Source: Amphiscolops sp. MND2022 (Eukaryota). Taken from it: DNA of 64,000 nt. Under the pieces are notes generated by a model. The model did no database searches. It was not told where the DNA came from and saw only the letters and a list, made by a program, of their open reading frames with translations. How positions within the stretch are numbered: the first letter of the stretch is position 1; each line of letters starts with the position of its first letter. The position numbers and the translations under genes are program-made. Below are positions 9,424-22,306 of this stretch, piece by piece. The DNA is taken from NCBI GenBank assembly GCA_964187785.1, contig OZ076409.1, positions 79,176,001 to 79,240,000 of the forward strand. The letters are read 5' to 3'.

Positions 9424-12400
9424 CTAGTATCTGTAGTCTTCTGAGTAGTTTGGGTTGGGGTTAGGCCTGAGATTATATTTCCCTCCTCTGGGCTCAGACT
9501 CTCATTTCTAGCATCATTTTCAGATATTTCGGGCACGATAATATCATCTCCCTGTTTGGAGAGTTTTGTGTATCATTTTCATTCGCCAAGTCTCTTTCTG
9601 AGAAATTTTCATTGTTTTCCGGTCTATTTGCCGTATTCGGCAAGGATGTTTCTTGGTTTTTTAGGGGAACGGCCGAATTCGGCCAATCCGATTCTTAGTT
9701 TTCTGTCACTGTAGTAGTTCCATTTCTTTTAGTGACGTCATCACTTAAGCGATCGTTCTGGCTGTGCGTCGCATTGTCGTTGTTTAATTCTTCTCGCGTG
9801 ATTATGTAATCCGCCTCGTTCTCGTCTGCGTCACTGTGACTCGGTTCTGCCGCGTTCGGCCGTTCGCCGTTCGGCATGCTAGTCGGAATAGGATCGTGTC
9901 CTTGTGTAATTAGCTGCTCGCCAAAATCTGTTTCCCACGTTATGATATATAAGTTGTCTTGCGGAATGACGATTTCCTCATCAGGCTGTAACCGCTGTTC
10001 TCGGAAATTGTCCTCAAGCGGTTGGTTAGGGACAAACTTTTTAAGACGGATCCGATGCAAAATTTGAGTCTTGTTCGTATTAATCCGTCGTACTATGTAG
10101 TTTTCATTTGGCAAAACTTTTTGGACTACAAATGGTCCAACCCATCGATAATCGCGGAATGGAATTTTTGATCCTTGATTGTCCGCTTTCGGCTGTAGGA
10201 CAAAACAGTACTCGCTCTCCTTTAATGGAATAGCTTTCGCCTTGCGATCGTAATATTCCTTGTATTTAATGTACGATTGCATAATATTCTGCTTCGTCTT
10301 GTCAATCAGGGTTTTCGTCCGGTTTTGGATTTCTTCAGCAAATTCGGTTGTAGGGCTGATCTTTTCGTTTGGATTATTTCCAAGCTTGTGATCCAGAATA
10401 TTAAATAGAATTCTTCCATGGAATACTCTCGTCGGCTCACAACCGATGCTGGCGTGATAACTAGTATTATGATTCAGTACTGCTAATGGCAAGTATTTGT
10501 GCCATTGTCGGCGATATTCCCCACATGCCATTTTGAGATTTTTCAATGAGGCATGAGTTCGCTCCAATTTCCCAATTGTCTGCGGGTGTTTTGTCGTTGC
10601 ACATTTGAATGTGATGCCCAAAATCTGCGTAACCTCCGCAATAATTGTAGAAGTAAATGCAGTACCTTTATCAGTGATAAGAGTCGTTGGTAGATATGAG
10701 TGTTTAGTCATAATGTCTATGAGCGCTTTTGCTACATTGATCGCTGATGCGTCCGTAAGGGGGTAGGCGAACAAATATCTGGAGAATACATCAATTGCCG
10801 TTAGGACATTTTCATATCCTCCACTTGGGGGAAGGTTCGGCAATAGGTCGATTTGCATGGCGTCTTCAGGTCCAAGGTCCCATTCGGGCAAGTTGAGCAG
10901 TTCAGGTGTGATCGTTGCGTTAGGAACTCTTTTGTCTCTGGCACATTGTTCGCACCCTTCTACCCACTTTTTGACGTGTTTAGCCATGCTAGGGTAGTAA
11001 TTACTCTGTCTAATTTCCTGCAACATTTTTGAAATCCCAGGATGTTTATGTGCTGTCCCGTGGAGAGACTTAAGCAGTTATTGAAGTAAATGTTGCGGGA
11101 GCAGAATTTGATGGTAATTAACGTTCCCTGTTTCATCAAAGTATTGCCTTGTCAGGATTTCGTCCTTTAGTACAATTCGTTCCAGATTATTTGCATAGTT
11201 TCTGTATCGGGCATCCTGTTGCAGTATGTTTTCTGAATAATCTTCATGAAGGAGTTTTGCCTTCAATTGTTGTAATACTGCATCCTTGGATTGTTCAATA
11301 ATGATCTGGTTCGTTTTCCTCAATCGGATTTGTATATCGGGGTGTTGCTTGACCAGATTTGTTGACAAAGTTTGTATAGTAACAGTGGGCTCATCAGTTG
11401 CTGGATTTTTCCTGATTGCTTCTTTTCTTGCCCAGTACTGTTCCTCTGTCTCATCGTCGTCATTGGTGTAGAAGATTTGTTCTTCTTGCGACACTCCTGC
11501 GGATTGGACATTGATTTCGATTGGTAGTGTTTGTACATCTTCACGAATTTTCATCACCAATTTGTCCTTTGGATCTGCTTTCAATCGAGACAAATAGTCG
11601 GCAGCTGTATTTTGTGCCCCTGGGATGTGTGCTATGACAAAATTGAACTGAATGACATAATCACACGCGTTCCACAGGGGTGGGGGTATTATTTTTGTTT
11701 GGAAAAATCTCGTGACAGCTTTGTTGTCCGTAAGGATGATGACCGGTTTCGGCGCACCCCAGAAGATATTTCCGAATTCTTTGAATGCAAAATAAATTGC
11801 AAGGAATTCCTTGGCATAAATTGACATTTTGATCTGTGCTGGGGTGAAAATTTTTGATCCATATGCGACTGGTGCATACGATTTTCTGAGTGACGTAAAT
11901 TTCTGGCTTGGGTCGTCTTCGATTAGGACCGCGTACCCGGCTGCACCAAAACTTGCATCAGTCATTAGTGCTATTTGCTTGTTTGGAATGGGTTGTTGTA
12001 AGGCCAAGTCGCAACATTTGTCTGGTGCTTTGTTGATTTCTTCGAATTGCTGGACTAATTCTTTCGATACTAGGACTTTTTCGTCACTTTTCAGCATCTT
12101 GTAGAATGGTGCAAGGCGTTCGGAAAGTCTTGGGACATAATTCCTGTAGTAGTTTAGGAATCCTAAATATCGTTGTAAAGCCTTTTTCGACTTCGGGGAT
12201 TTGGTCTTTTCCAGAAAGTTTTGCACGTTCTGTTTCTGGGGTTTGACGCCTTGTGGGGTAATAGTCCGTCCGAGAAAATCGATTTCTTTTGCACCGAAGT
12301 GACATTTGTGCATTGTTAACTTAAGGCCTTTTTCCTGAATGCATTTGAACGTAGCTCTCAGGTTCGTCATGAGATGGTCACCATCATTGGCTGCGATGCC

Positions 12401-14629
12401 GATATCGTCCACATACTGGGCACACTGATCCGCTTTATTGACTTTGTCTAGGTATTCCCTCATGAAACTCGAGAATGCGGATAGTGACCGACTAAGGCCT
12501 TGTGCCAAACGTCTGTAGGCGAATGTGCGACTGGCAAAATTGAAAGCCAACATTTCGATTGAACGTTGGTCGGCCATTGGTAGGCAGTGGTATGCCTGCG
12601 AACAGTCTAATTTACAGAACAGTTTTTTGCCTGCCAAGTGTTGGGCAGCATCAACTAGTGTACTGACGGGGTGATTATTGTTGATATAATCATCTGAGAT
12701 GAGGTTGTTGATTTTTCTCAAGTCAACCAAGAGTCGGAGTTTCCCATTCGGCTTCTTTTGTGCGAAAATTGGACTCGCATATTTCGAAAATGGCAGTGTA
12801 GTTATTATGCCATATTTGTGTAACATGGCTAATTCAACTAGGATGTCCTCCTTCAAGTTGATAGGAGCTGGGAGGCTTTGACTATAGGCTGGGGAATCGT
12901 CCTTAGGCGTCAGTTTCACCTTGAATTCCTCGTTCACGCCTATATCAAATCGGTGTCGTGCAAAGATGTCATGGAATTCCACTAACAATTCCTCAATTTT
13001 CTCCTTCTCTTCAGGAGTAAGGGTGGAATTTTTCCAGTCAAAGTTTTCTAAGAATTTTGCACGCGATTCTGCATCTGTAGTGGGGTCGAGTGTCTCTAGG
13101 TCCTGTAGGGCCTGTAGCTCGCGTAGGATTCGTTTTTGTATAGGTGTGTGTTCCTCAGGATTTCCAGGATTTTCTGGAGTTGGGAACCAATACTTTTCGG
13201 AGTTTTGTGGATTTCTATTGGTCTTGATGAGACTGCTGACATAATGGGCTGCTTGCTCCTGGTCATTCTGCAAAAGGTGCCAGGTTGATGCCGGATCTAC
13301 CGGTTTGACATACTTCATCTGTTCTGGCGTCATGACTGAGAAATTGGCAATATGAAGTCCCTTTTTGAGTTTATAAGGGTGATCTGTGAAATTGTTCACT
13401 GGTATCAATGTATTGCGGTCATTCAGAGTGACCAAAGCTGGGCAAAATGTGATGTCGCCTTCTTCGTGTAGAAGGTCGCTCGGTTGCAAAATTCCAGTGA
13501 CAGCATTCTCGGGGTAGAGTAGGGAATTGGTCCTAATTAGGACTTTATCATTTGGTGGAATAGTTATCTCAATAGGGTTGAGAATTGGTTCCAATATATT
13601 TGAATACTTATGGTCAGCCGTTTTGAGCTGCATGGAAAAGAACGGGAAATTCAGTATCCCTTGTCGCATGTCCAGAACTGTATGGTTTCTTTGGAGGAAC
13701 ATTAGTCCGATGATCGGGCCTGTCAGATGTTCCATGACTATGAAAATCTCGTGAAACTCGATGTCACCAACTTCAAATTTGAGCTCTATTGTACTCTTAG
13801 GAGTTTCCAATTGCCCATTAGCGACCATTATTTGGAAATTTGGAGGCGGACCTTCCCGGATGACAGATTGTGGAGATAAAAGTTGAATTTTCCGGAGGTC
13901 CATTTCAGGAATTGCACTGGACAGCGCTCCAGTGTCAATGAGTCCGTCAATGGTCAATTCCCCGAAGTCCATTGGGAAATACAACATGCGTTTTTTGCAT
14001 TTGAGGTTGATGTTGGTTGACAGGGGTATACAGTCTGGTTCACCGTCTCTAGTGATTAAGACATTCTGGAACTGTTTCTCGTCTAGCAATGATTGTGGTA
14101 TAGTTTCAACATTGCTAACATGGGTCTCGGTCCCCAATGGGTTTGGAAACACTGGATGGTTTGTGCCATCATTCATTTGCCAGTTTTCAATTAATGCTCT
14201 GGTCTTCTTATTGTGGGTGATTGGAGGGTTCTCGTGGACTGTCCGATTGTAGTGTTCAATATCATCTAGAACGTATTGAAATTGTAATAGTTCTTGATTA
14301 TAGATCTCGGTGTCCCAATATGGATCTCTGCCGTAGTCTTGGTCGATATACGTTGGGTTAAAGTTCACGACTAGGGGAATGGGCCTGAATCGGGTATTGA
14401 AGGTGGTGGTGTAATCAGGGTCCCAAACAGAATTTGGTTTTTGGAATAAATGGGTGTTGTTATAGGTGATGGTGATAGCTTTGTCCATCTGTTGTTGCCA
14501 GACAACAGAGGGATAGCCCATCAATTGTTGTGTATACTGATGAAAAGTTTTTGTTGGAGGATCCGACCTGATGTATTGGCGGACGGATATCAGTTCGTTG
14601 TATTGGAGTCGTGGCGAAGTAAGTTTTTT
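9424..14629 (-). pseudogene. pol: Pol polyprotein of A (protease, RT, RNase H, integrase), interrupted
   Basis: LIDTGA protease, YVDD RT, TDAS/TDNK RNase H, HHCC plus DDE integrase, WVGPF motif. In-frame stop at 11078-11080; stop at 9695 plus a frameshift before the conserved tail YNLRPNPNPNYSEDYRY* ending at 9424. Confidence 0.93.
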
Positions 14630-16314
14630 GACTCATCATTGGGATATGAGGATTGGGAGCTCGATGATGTCGGTTTGGTCTGAGGTTTCTGAGCCTTTGA
14701 ATTGGGCTTATTGTCAGTTGAGTCTTCGGGCCTAGTGCGTTTGGGTTTAAGATGTGCACCAGCACCTTGCCAACATCTTTCCTCCGGGTGGTTCTTTTTG
14801 CCACAAGTGCCACACTCCGGATATGTTTTCTTCTGCGTCGATTTGCCTTGTTGGGCATCTTTCTCTTTTTTCTTTTTCAGTTTTTCGCAGTCCTTGACCA
14901 TGTGGCCCTTTTCCTTGCAATAATTGCAAGTGATATCGGACAGTTTCCCTGTGGACAAAGGCGTTTTAGGTTTTGTAGATGAGGAGGCCATTGTGGCCAT
15001 TGGTAGGTCGTCTGACTCCTCGAGGGCGTTAAGTTCCAATTCTCTCTCCAAATGAGCAACGATCTCGTCGTATGAGCCATTTTCTAACCTGGCCATGTTG
15101 ACGGATCGCTTCAGTTTTGGTGGCAGTTTTGCGTAGAGTAAGCTGTCAATCAATTTCTGTGCATGATCACCAAACGCCTTCTCGGCTCCCTGGTTTAATT
15201 CTTCGAGAAAATCAGGCAACTTCATCGTATTGGGATCGAAGACCAGACGGTGCCATTTATGTTTGGCAGTCGTCTGTGACTCGGGCTTGACGTACTTTCG
15301 TCTAAAGATGACTAATACGTCCTCTAGAGTTTGTCGGTTGTTTGAGCTGATATTTCTGAATGTCTGAAGAGCATTCTTCCTCAATAAAGAGTGGAAGTGA
15401 TTGATCTTCATTTGCTCAGTCATTTCTGGCTGCATCTTGATCATAGTGTGAAATAGGTCTTCGAACAGCTCGAATTTCTCACTTTTGCCATCGAATGTCA
15501 TGGTATTTGAGTTGACTGGGCGTATGGTAAGTTGTTGGGCCGTCGGTCTATTCTGCATTGTAGTCAAGACGTCTGCCAGTCGAGTGATAGGGTCGGAGTC
15601 AGCAGCCGTAGCGATTCTCTCTTGTGCCGGGATCGTCGTGTCGAGGTTGATGTCCTCAAAGGACCTGTCGAGATGATTTCTGGATGAGATTCGTCCTGTG
15701 AGAAACTCAGGAACTGGATTTGGAAATTCGTTGTCTCCTGTCACCATGTCATGAACATTACGATGTGTTTTATCACCGTGTTCATTATTAGGAGTAGATT
15801 TAGTTTTCGCGTTGTACTGAACTTCGGAGTAACTTTCCGGTCTCTCATCAGATCTCTCCCATCCCCTTCTAGTCTCCTGTCCTGAACCGGCCATAATAAC
15901 GTTTTGAATTTGGGGCAAAACTTGGTTATTGATGGCGTCACTTATGGCTCTCTGGATTTGAGAACTAACACTGTTCATCATCTCATCCATCTCCCTAGAT
16001 ATTCTAGAGTTCAGTTCACTCGATAACTTATTGATCTCAGCCTGAGAGTCTATACTCGCTGAATTTCGGTCATAACCGGCACTAGTCCCAGTTTCGGGAT
16101 TTCTATGGTCAGAATGGAGATTCATTTCCTCATTTTCTAAGTTATTACTTGCAACACTTTCTTGCCTTCTAATGGAAGTTCCATCGAGGCTTTCATCTCT
16201 CCTCATGTCACTTGAGTGGTTTTCACCTAACATTATGTCAAGGTTTTCAATGTCAGAGAGAATTTCTAATCCTCTAGATTTCCTTGCTTTCTTCTGCTTC
16301 CTTGTAGTAGGCAT
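14590..16314 (-). CDS. gag: Gag polyprotein (574 aa; the TAA of the other copy is TTA here, adding 10 aa)
   Basis: Near-identical to 299-1993; two CCHC knuckles. Confidence 0.93.
   Translation of the reverse strand: MPTTRKQKKARKSRGLEILSDIENLDIMLGENHSSDMRRDESLDGTSIRRQESVASNNLENEEMNLHSDHRNPETGTSAGYDRNSASIDSQAEINKLSSELNSRISREMDEMMNSVSSQIQRAISDAINNQVLPQIQNVIMAGSGQETRRGWERSDERPESYSEVQYNAKTKSTPNNEHGDKTHRNVHDMVTGDNEFPNPVPEFLTGRISSRNHLDRSFEDINLDTTIPAQERIATAADSDPITRLADVLTTMQNRPTAQQLTIRPVNSNTMTFDGKSEKFELFEDLFHTMIKMQPEMTEQMKINHFHSLLRKNALQTFRNISSNNRQTLEDVLVIFRRKYVKPESQTTAKHKWHRLVFDPNTMKLPDFLEELNQGAEKAFGDHAQKLIDSLLYAKLPPKLKRSVNMARLENGSYDEIVAHLERELELNALEESDDLPMATMASSSTKPKTPLSTGKLSDITCNYCKEKGHMVKDCEKLKKKKEKDAQQGKSTQKKTYPECGTCGKKNHPEERCWQGAGAHLKPKRTRPEDSTDNKPNSKAQKPQTKPTSSSSQSSYPNDESKNLLRHDSNTTN
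15735..15746 (-). promoter_or_regulatory. Primer-binding site TGGTGACAGGAG (tRNA-Leu-like), element A
   Basis: TGG-starting 12-mer immediately after the LTR-terminal CA. Identical 12-mer at 1414-1425 and in element B. 11/12 match to the complement of the usual metazoan tRNA-Leu(CAG) 3' end, recalled from memory. Confidence 0.8.
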
Positions 16315-17498
16315 TAAGACTGAACCGGGATGAAAACTTGAATTATCAATTCCGGAAAATTAACAGTGTAACCGTTTGTATTATGAACGTCTTTATCAAA
16401 AGGCAGAAGCACAAAGTATGAGTCTTCCTGCAGGGGTATGGGTATTTATACCCCTGAAAGTATGACACACACGATTTTTACATACTTTGATCAAGACAAA
16501 TCATAGGTTTTTACAATCATCATAGGAAAATCCCCGACAACTACAAATTTCCGGGGGACATTTAAGGAATGGCATTCAGAGTCATCATTTTAAGTAGCAA
16601 CTTCAAACAATTTATCGGTTAGACCTACTTCAAGTGTGATGTAAACAAATACCACGGCCTGCATATTTTATGGCAATGTAAAATGAAGGCACGTTCCGGC
16701 ACAAGTTTACTGCAAATTAAGCTGAAAACGGAATGTATTACTATGTGTGGAATTCTAATACTGCATCGATATTCACGAAAATACACTTGCATATCAGAGC
16801 CGGAATAGGCCCAAATCCATAACATGTACTGCGCATATGAAAGACATGGTAAAAGGCCTTAACCGTCCCTTTATCCAAGTTAAAAGTATACAAACATCAA
16901 AACATCACAAACGTATTTATTTAGACTAAAAATATGATTCTAATAACTCCGCGTAAGTAGTGATCCAATTAGGCAACAAAGGTATCATTATGCTCGAATT
17001 GGCCGAAGCCGTCCATTTGACTGGGGGACTGATATAAATTAGCACCGCTTAGTCAATTGGCCATATCCGGCCATCATAAATAAAGCACTCATAATTAGCA
17101 AAAGGAGAGCTCTGATTGGCTAATAACTGTACTGAAAGTTACATCGCCGAGAAGGGACGTTTTCTTACTTGAACACGTTTCCTTCTCGCGATCAGCCTGC
17201 TTATTGTACGTTACCGCTTTGATTAATTTCAACACTCTATTTGCAATACACCGAACTTCCTTTTACAAATCTCAAATCACAACCTGATTTGGATAGCTCC
17301 AAATCGTAATTTTAACAGACTAATATCACGAACAATTATATAAAAATGCACTTGAATAAACAAAACGAATGTGATTAACTAGTAAATATAAGTTTCGGTA
17401 AGGGAAAGATTAGAACGTGGGTAGGGTACCTGGGACAATTTTCTGATTTTCCGCTGACGTCGTTATTAATGTGCCGTCGCAGGCGGCAGCCTGCGACA
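15747..17498 (-). repeat. 5' LTR of element A, 1752 bp
   Basis: Similarity to the left copy stops exactly after ctgcgaca at 17498; PBS abuts 15747. Confidence 0.92.
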
Positions 17499-20400
17499 AC
17501 ACAGAAGCATCAAACCTACAGTGAACAGGAAAAAAATCGAAAAGAAACGCAAAAAGCTGAGCTGAAAAGGTCGTTTCACAATTTTTGACAAAACTCTCAG
17601 CAATACCACGGAAATGTGCTGAAAAACCCAAAGGGGACCCCTTTTGGTCTGTTCTCTGCTTAAACAAGCTTTAAAAAAGTTTGTTTTAGTGTGTGAATTG
17701 AGCCCACGTACTCCTACTCAGAGCTTGTCACCAGGTCCTTTTTACTTTTTCTCAGAAGACAACTTCCCAAAAAACTCAGTTTGGCGTTACGAGATGTTTG
17801 AATGTCAGAAATTGCGAATGCATCAGAAACAAGACCTCTAAAACGAATAAAGTGAAACCACTAGGAGCAAGATTTGAAATGACGAAAATTTTATGAAAAA
17901 TGAAAAATTACGCAGCACTTTTTCACCAAATTTTGCTGGGCTTTCCATACGAACCTGATTTCTATGCGAGCAAAGCTGGATTTTTGTTAAAATTTACAAC
18001 AAGAACAATTATATACAACAATATTAATATAACTTTTTTTTTCAGGGTCCACGATATTTCAAGATCTTTTGAAGGGTTTTAGGAGGTAACAGGAACTCAA
18101 ATGAAAATCTTGTCCTTTCGGTCAGGAAAACTTCGTTTTATAATTTTTGATTGATTAGGCTACTAACGTTTGATTTTGAAGCCCAAACAATTAATTACTT
18201 CTAACCTGGTGTTTGTTGGCTCCAGTCAAAGATAAGTTGGCTCCTCCTTCTTCGTCCTTTTTGATTTAGCTTAATAATCCAAGATCTTGACCAGAGTTTC
18301 CAGATATTTTGCACTGGGCTTGCATTCCTGTCAGATTTTTCTCGCTTACAAACTGTCTGAAACTAAGCTTACTTTTTCAAACAGATGGTTTTCAGGAAAA
18401 AAGACTTGTTTTCTGATAATTTTGTTGCAATCAGTTGCCATTATCCAGAGTTGAAAAGATCATTCCACTTTGATGATCAAAACTGAGCAGTATCGATGAA
18501 ATAGAGGAAGTAGGGCATTCAATTTCTTATCTTCGTCTGGAGCCGACTATCGCCTTTGGTTGAAAACATTGACCAGGTCAGTAATTAATGGTTTGAGCTT
18601 CAAATCAAACGTTAGTCACCTAATCAATCAGAAATTATAAAACGAAATCTTGCTAATTGAAAGGACAAGACGGACTTATCTCGCGTCGACGCCCCGCTGC
18701 AGACTCAAAAACGCTAAGCGTGTTTAGAGGCTGTTTTCAAGAAAGCGACCCCTTTAGGCTGGGAATAAGGTTTTTTAACAGCAAACATCAAAAATTAACG
18801 CTGGTTCTTTGTGGTCGCATAAACAATCTTTGATAAAAGAGAACCACGTAATGTCCGAAATATTGTCTCGCGAGTACAATTTCAATGCTTGGAAGAAAAA
18901 TTGTTATTTGAATCGCATCTTTCCTAATTTTGTTAAATTCGAGTTTTACACCCAGACGATAAGTGGTTTTTCAACAGATTTTACTTACCAAAAATTCAAA
19001 TTCCTTGAATATGTATTTGTAGAGAAAGTTGAACAGTTTAAGAAAAAGTATCTACAGATAAAAGTGCCCGAATGATCCAAAAATGATTCCCAGAATTTCA
19101 AAGAAGAGCTTTGCAGCAACTTTTGATTGAAACTAAATCTTTGAAACCAAATTATCCAACCGATTTTCACTTGACTACTCGGCTACAAAAATGGTACTTT
19201 GCTATGGAGAGATAGAATAGTATCTGAAATCGAAATCAGGAATGAGATGATCCAAAAACTGTCAATTTTCGGACAATTTTCGGCTGTTTTTAGGGATATG
19301 AATGTCCTGCAGAACCCAACAACAAAAAATGGGCATTTGGCATAGTTTTCAACGATGCATGCCATTTTTTGAAAAAAAAAATGGTGAGCTTTCATCAAAA
19401 AATGTCCATTTTTGAAAAAACTTTTTAACAAGGTGTTTTTTATTAGCTTTAAGAATATGGAAAAAATTTCGGTGTTCACTGGTACATTGTTTCTGAGTAT
19501 GCTATAGCCGAAGCCGTTCTTATCCCGAAACGGTGCACTCGATATTATTCAAAAATTGAAAACAATAAATGCTTTGAGTCTAGTTTACATGTAGTTCAAA
19601 ACGATTGAAAAATTCAGCATTGGTTTTTTGTGCGATTGCGATGTTTGATAAAACTCTTGACCATTAGAATTAGTTGCACAACTACTTCTCGAGGCAAAAA
19701 AGGGGCGCAACTGACAACCACTGCGTCACTTGAGTCGCGCAACGGGAAACGCGCGGTAAAATTGGATCATATACATTTACATCAACCACATAATCTATTC
19801 ATGTTATTCCAAAGTATTGTTTCCTTTCGTGTTGAAAAAACAAAACATCTTTTGAGAATGTAATCTTCAAATGAATTTATTTGTATCAGAAAAGTTGGAC
19901 CATGATTCTTATTTACAAGCAACCCTCACCCTCCCAGTTTCACTTCACCATGTTTCGTACTTCCCCGTCAGGGAAAATTTTGTGTAAGAATTTTTCTCAA
20001 GTTTAATAGTTATTTTCGTGTTGGTGGAAATAAAAATCAATGTCTACCTGGGAAGGAATTATGAAACATGATTAACCGTTTTAAAACTTACTTTTCAATA
20101 ACCCGTACCAATCAAAAGCCGTTAATAACAAAAGGAATCAGTAGTTCAGAAAATCTTGGAAAAAAAGTTCATCCTAAAAAGTCAGGCGTATGCTGATTAA
20201 TGCTGTTAGGACTCTAGATCACAGCTATGTAACTACGGGAATTTTAATTATTCAAGGTTTAGGAATAATAATGATGATATTTTTTGATTAGGTTTATCGA
20301 ATCAATTATTTTAAACTTTCGACCCAATAATCAAAAATAACTTTACATCTGATCCTTGGTAGCAGAGGGCTATGCTTGGTCTGCTCGCATAATATCAAAA

Positions 20401-20559
20401 GCGATCGTTTTTCGAAGATTGGCCAAGTGAACATACGATTAAATACATCATCAATTTTCATGTTTTGATCTTAGCACTGAAACAGCCTCAATAGGCCATT
20501 ATTCTCGGAGTTGGTCGCAAAGTCTTTGCCTGATTTGGTACAAAGACTGGTACTTTACC

Positions 20560-21072
20560 AATAGCAACAACAGTCAAAAACTATTACTCCACGTCTTTTA
20601 ATCATGATAGCATATGAAAGAGGGGTGATTTAAATTATCTGCAGTCAAAGGCGCACTATTACTAACTAGGCAGAGCAACTTATTTAATGAGTCACTTAGC
20701 CGTAACCGGCATATTGGAGTAGTACTTTGAAATAATACAAAAAATACTGCACTCTGATTGAATAATAATTGAATGGCAAGCTACGACGCCGTAAAGGGAC
20801 GTTTTCGCATTTGAACACGGTTACTTTATACTGCATAGTATTCTGCTTCCAATTAGCAAACTTCAATTTTTGTATTACTTTTACAATGAAATTGATAATC
20901 GCGCAAAAGTTAGCAGATCAAATTAACAAATCATATTACAAATACTGATAATGATAAATTAAATTCCAAACTAAGTTTTGTATAGTTTCAGTATATAGCG
21001 TACCTGTTGCGGCTTCTTGTCCGACCGTTGACATTGTTATCCTAGTTCAGTCACAGGCGGGAACCTGCGACA
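20560..21072 (-). repeat. Diverged LTR remnant related to the A family (left boundary approximate)
   Basis: Ends in cctgcgaca like the A LTR. Shares ctctgattg and cgcc..aagggacgtttt..ttgaacacg blocks. Minus strand encodes SQVPACD*TRITMS..GQE...GTL, matching the A ORF3 tail. Confidence 0.7.
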
Positions 21073-21223
21073 ATACTTAACTACTTGAAGAATGCTTTAG
21101 TTCTTTTTTTTTTCACTGGAAGATGACTTAACGAATCGACATTCCAAAATTCCATAAATAATATTTACTTTAGCAGCGTACAGTTTTGATGAAATTCTTC
21201 TCATTTTATTCATTGTCCTGTTC

Positions 21224-21459
21224 CGTGAGGCGACATTTATTATTGCTGGAAAGTGGCATTTGTTATCAAATTGAAAATGCGACATTTGTTGTCAAATCTA
21301 AAAAGCCGACATTTGTTATCATAAAACACTATACATATTTTGATAACAAATATCGCCTTTTTAGATTTGATAACAAATGTCGCTTTTTGAATTTGATAAC
21401 AAATGTCTCATTTTCAAAAATGATAACAAATGTCGTTTGATAACAAGTGTCGCTATACC
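21224..21459. mobile_element. Mutator/foldback-type MITE with internal GCGACATTTGTTATC subrepeats
   Basis: Palindromic array; 9-bp duplication GTCCTGTTC at 21215-21223 and 21460-21468. Confidence 0.8.
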
Positions 21460-21564
21460 GTCCTGTTCAAGTGCTGTTAAACCTGATGACACTAATGATA
21501 CTAGCTTGTTATTTCTTGTTATGAACTTCATTCTTTTAAAGAAGACCCTATTTCTATCTTGCAG

Positions 21565-21755
21565 GTAAGCGAGCTGCTTGTGATTTCAAATGCTCTGCTA
21601 GACACAATAATGGCCCTCATCTTTCTGATTAAATCGGCGTTATTCGTGCCCCTGGAAAAACTACCTCTGTTCGGGAGGTGCATCTTTCAGTATTTTCTCT
21701 ACACTTTCCTCACAACCGCATCTTTTCTCCTCATAATCTCGATCAGCATAAACAG
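21565..21755 (+). CDS. Host rhodopsin-family GPCR exon (TM2-TM3)
   Basis: ttgcag acceptor; VSELLVISNALLD...C...ASFLLIISISINR; phase-2 donor gtacgt. Confidence 0.75.
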
Positions 21756-22077
21756 GTACGTGTTATTTTCTGGATTTATAATTTATAATCGAATCTATAA
21801 TACTTTCAATTATGTGCAACCTACTGCCTTCATCGTGCATTGGGTGAAAAGATTAAATCAGACATGTCAGCGGGATTTCTTCGAATTTTATTACCTCTTC
21901 GCAATAACCAACAAAAAAAATGAAAACATTTGACAAAAGTTAAAGTGATTTTGCGCAAGGGGTATCTACAGTAGCAAAAAAATTGAAAACAAACTTATCC
22001 TAGAAAAGTCTTCTTCTGGTCTTATATTTCGAAGACTACCAAAAATGACAAACCTGTTGAAATGGAAGCATAGTATA

Positions 22078-22306
22078 CCCGGGTTGACCCTCTTACTAGC
22101 ATCTTTGCTGTCTTGGCAAGATCTTACCAAATTCTTACATCTTGGCAACCATGGAACCCAATTCTTTTTTCTGATTTTTTCTGGCCGAATAGGATTTTAC
22201 AATAAAATTTTTCTTGGGAACATGGCTCTCTTGATAAGATATTACCATGGCAAAATTAATACCATGCCAAGATCTAACCAAGATATCCACAGAGGGCCAA
22301 CCCGGG
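22078..22306. mobile_element. MITE with CCCGGGTTG(A/G)CCCTC terminal inverted repeats
   Basis: 15-bp TIR with one mismatch; TA on both flanks. Confidence 0.75.

Larger units (their letters stand above)
1426..17498 (-). mobile_element. Ty3/Gypsy LTR retrotransposon A (full unit: LTR-gag-pol-antisense gene-ORF3-LTR)
   Basis: Direct repeats 1426-3176 and 15747-17498 bounded by TGTC...GACA. PBS next to the right LTR. Gag with two CCHC knuckles; pol order PR-RT-RNaseH-IN. Confidence 0.95.

Noticed and set aside
11286..14683. Many short + strand ORFs opposite pol (likewise in B, C and D)
   Set aside because: Antisense shadows of coding sequence with no motifs or splice support.
17410..17667. 85-aa ORF ending like ORF3
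   Set aside because: Chance fusion of flanking DNA with the LTR-encoded ORF3 tail.
21224..21459. CRISPR-like short repeat array
   Set aside because: Repeats are inverted about the centre, lack unique spacers and are bounded by a 9-bp TSD, so this is a MITE.
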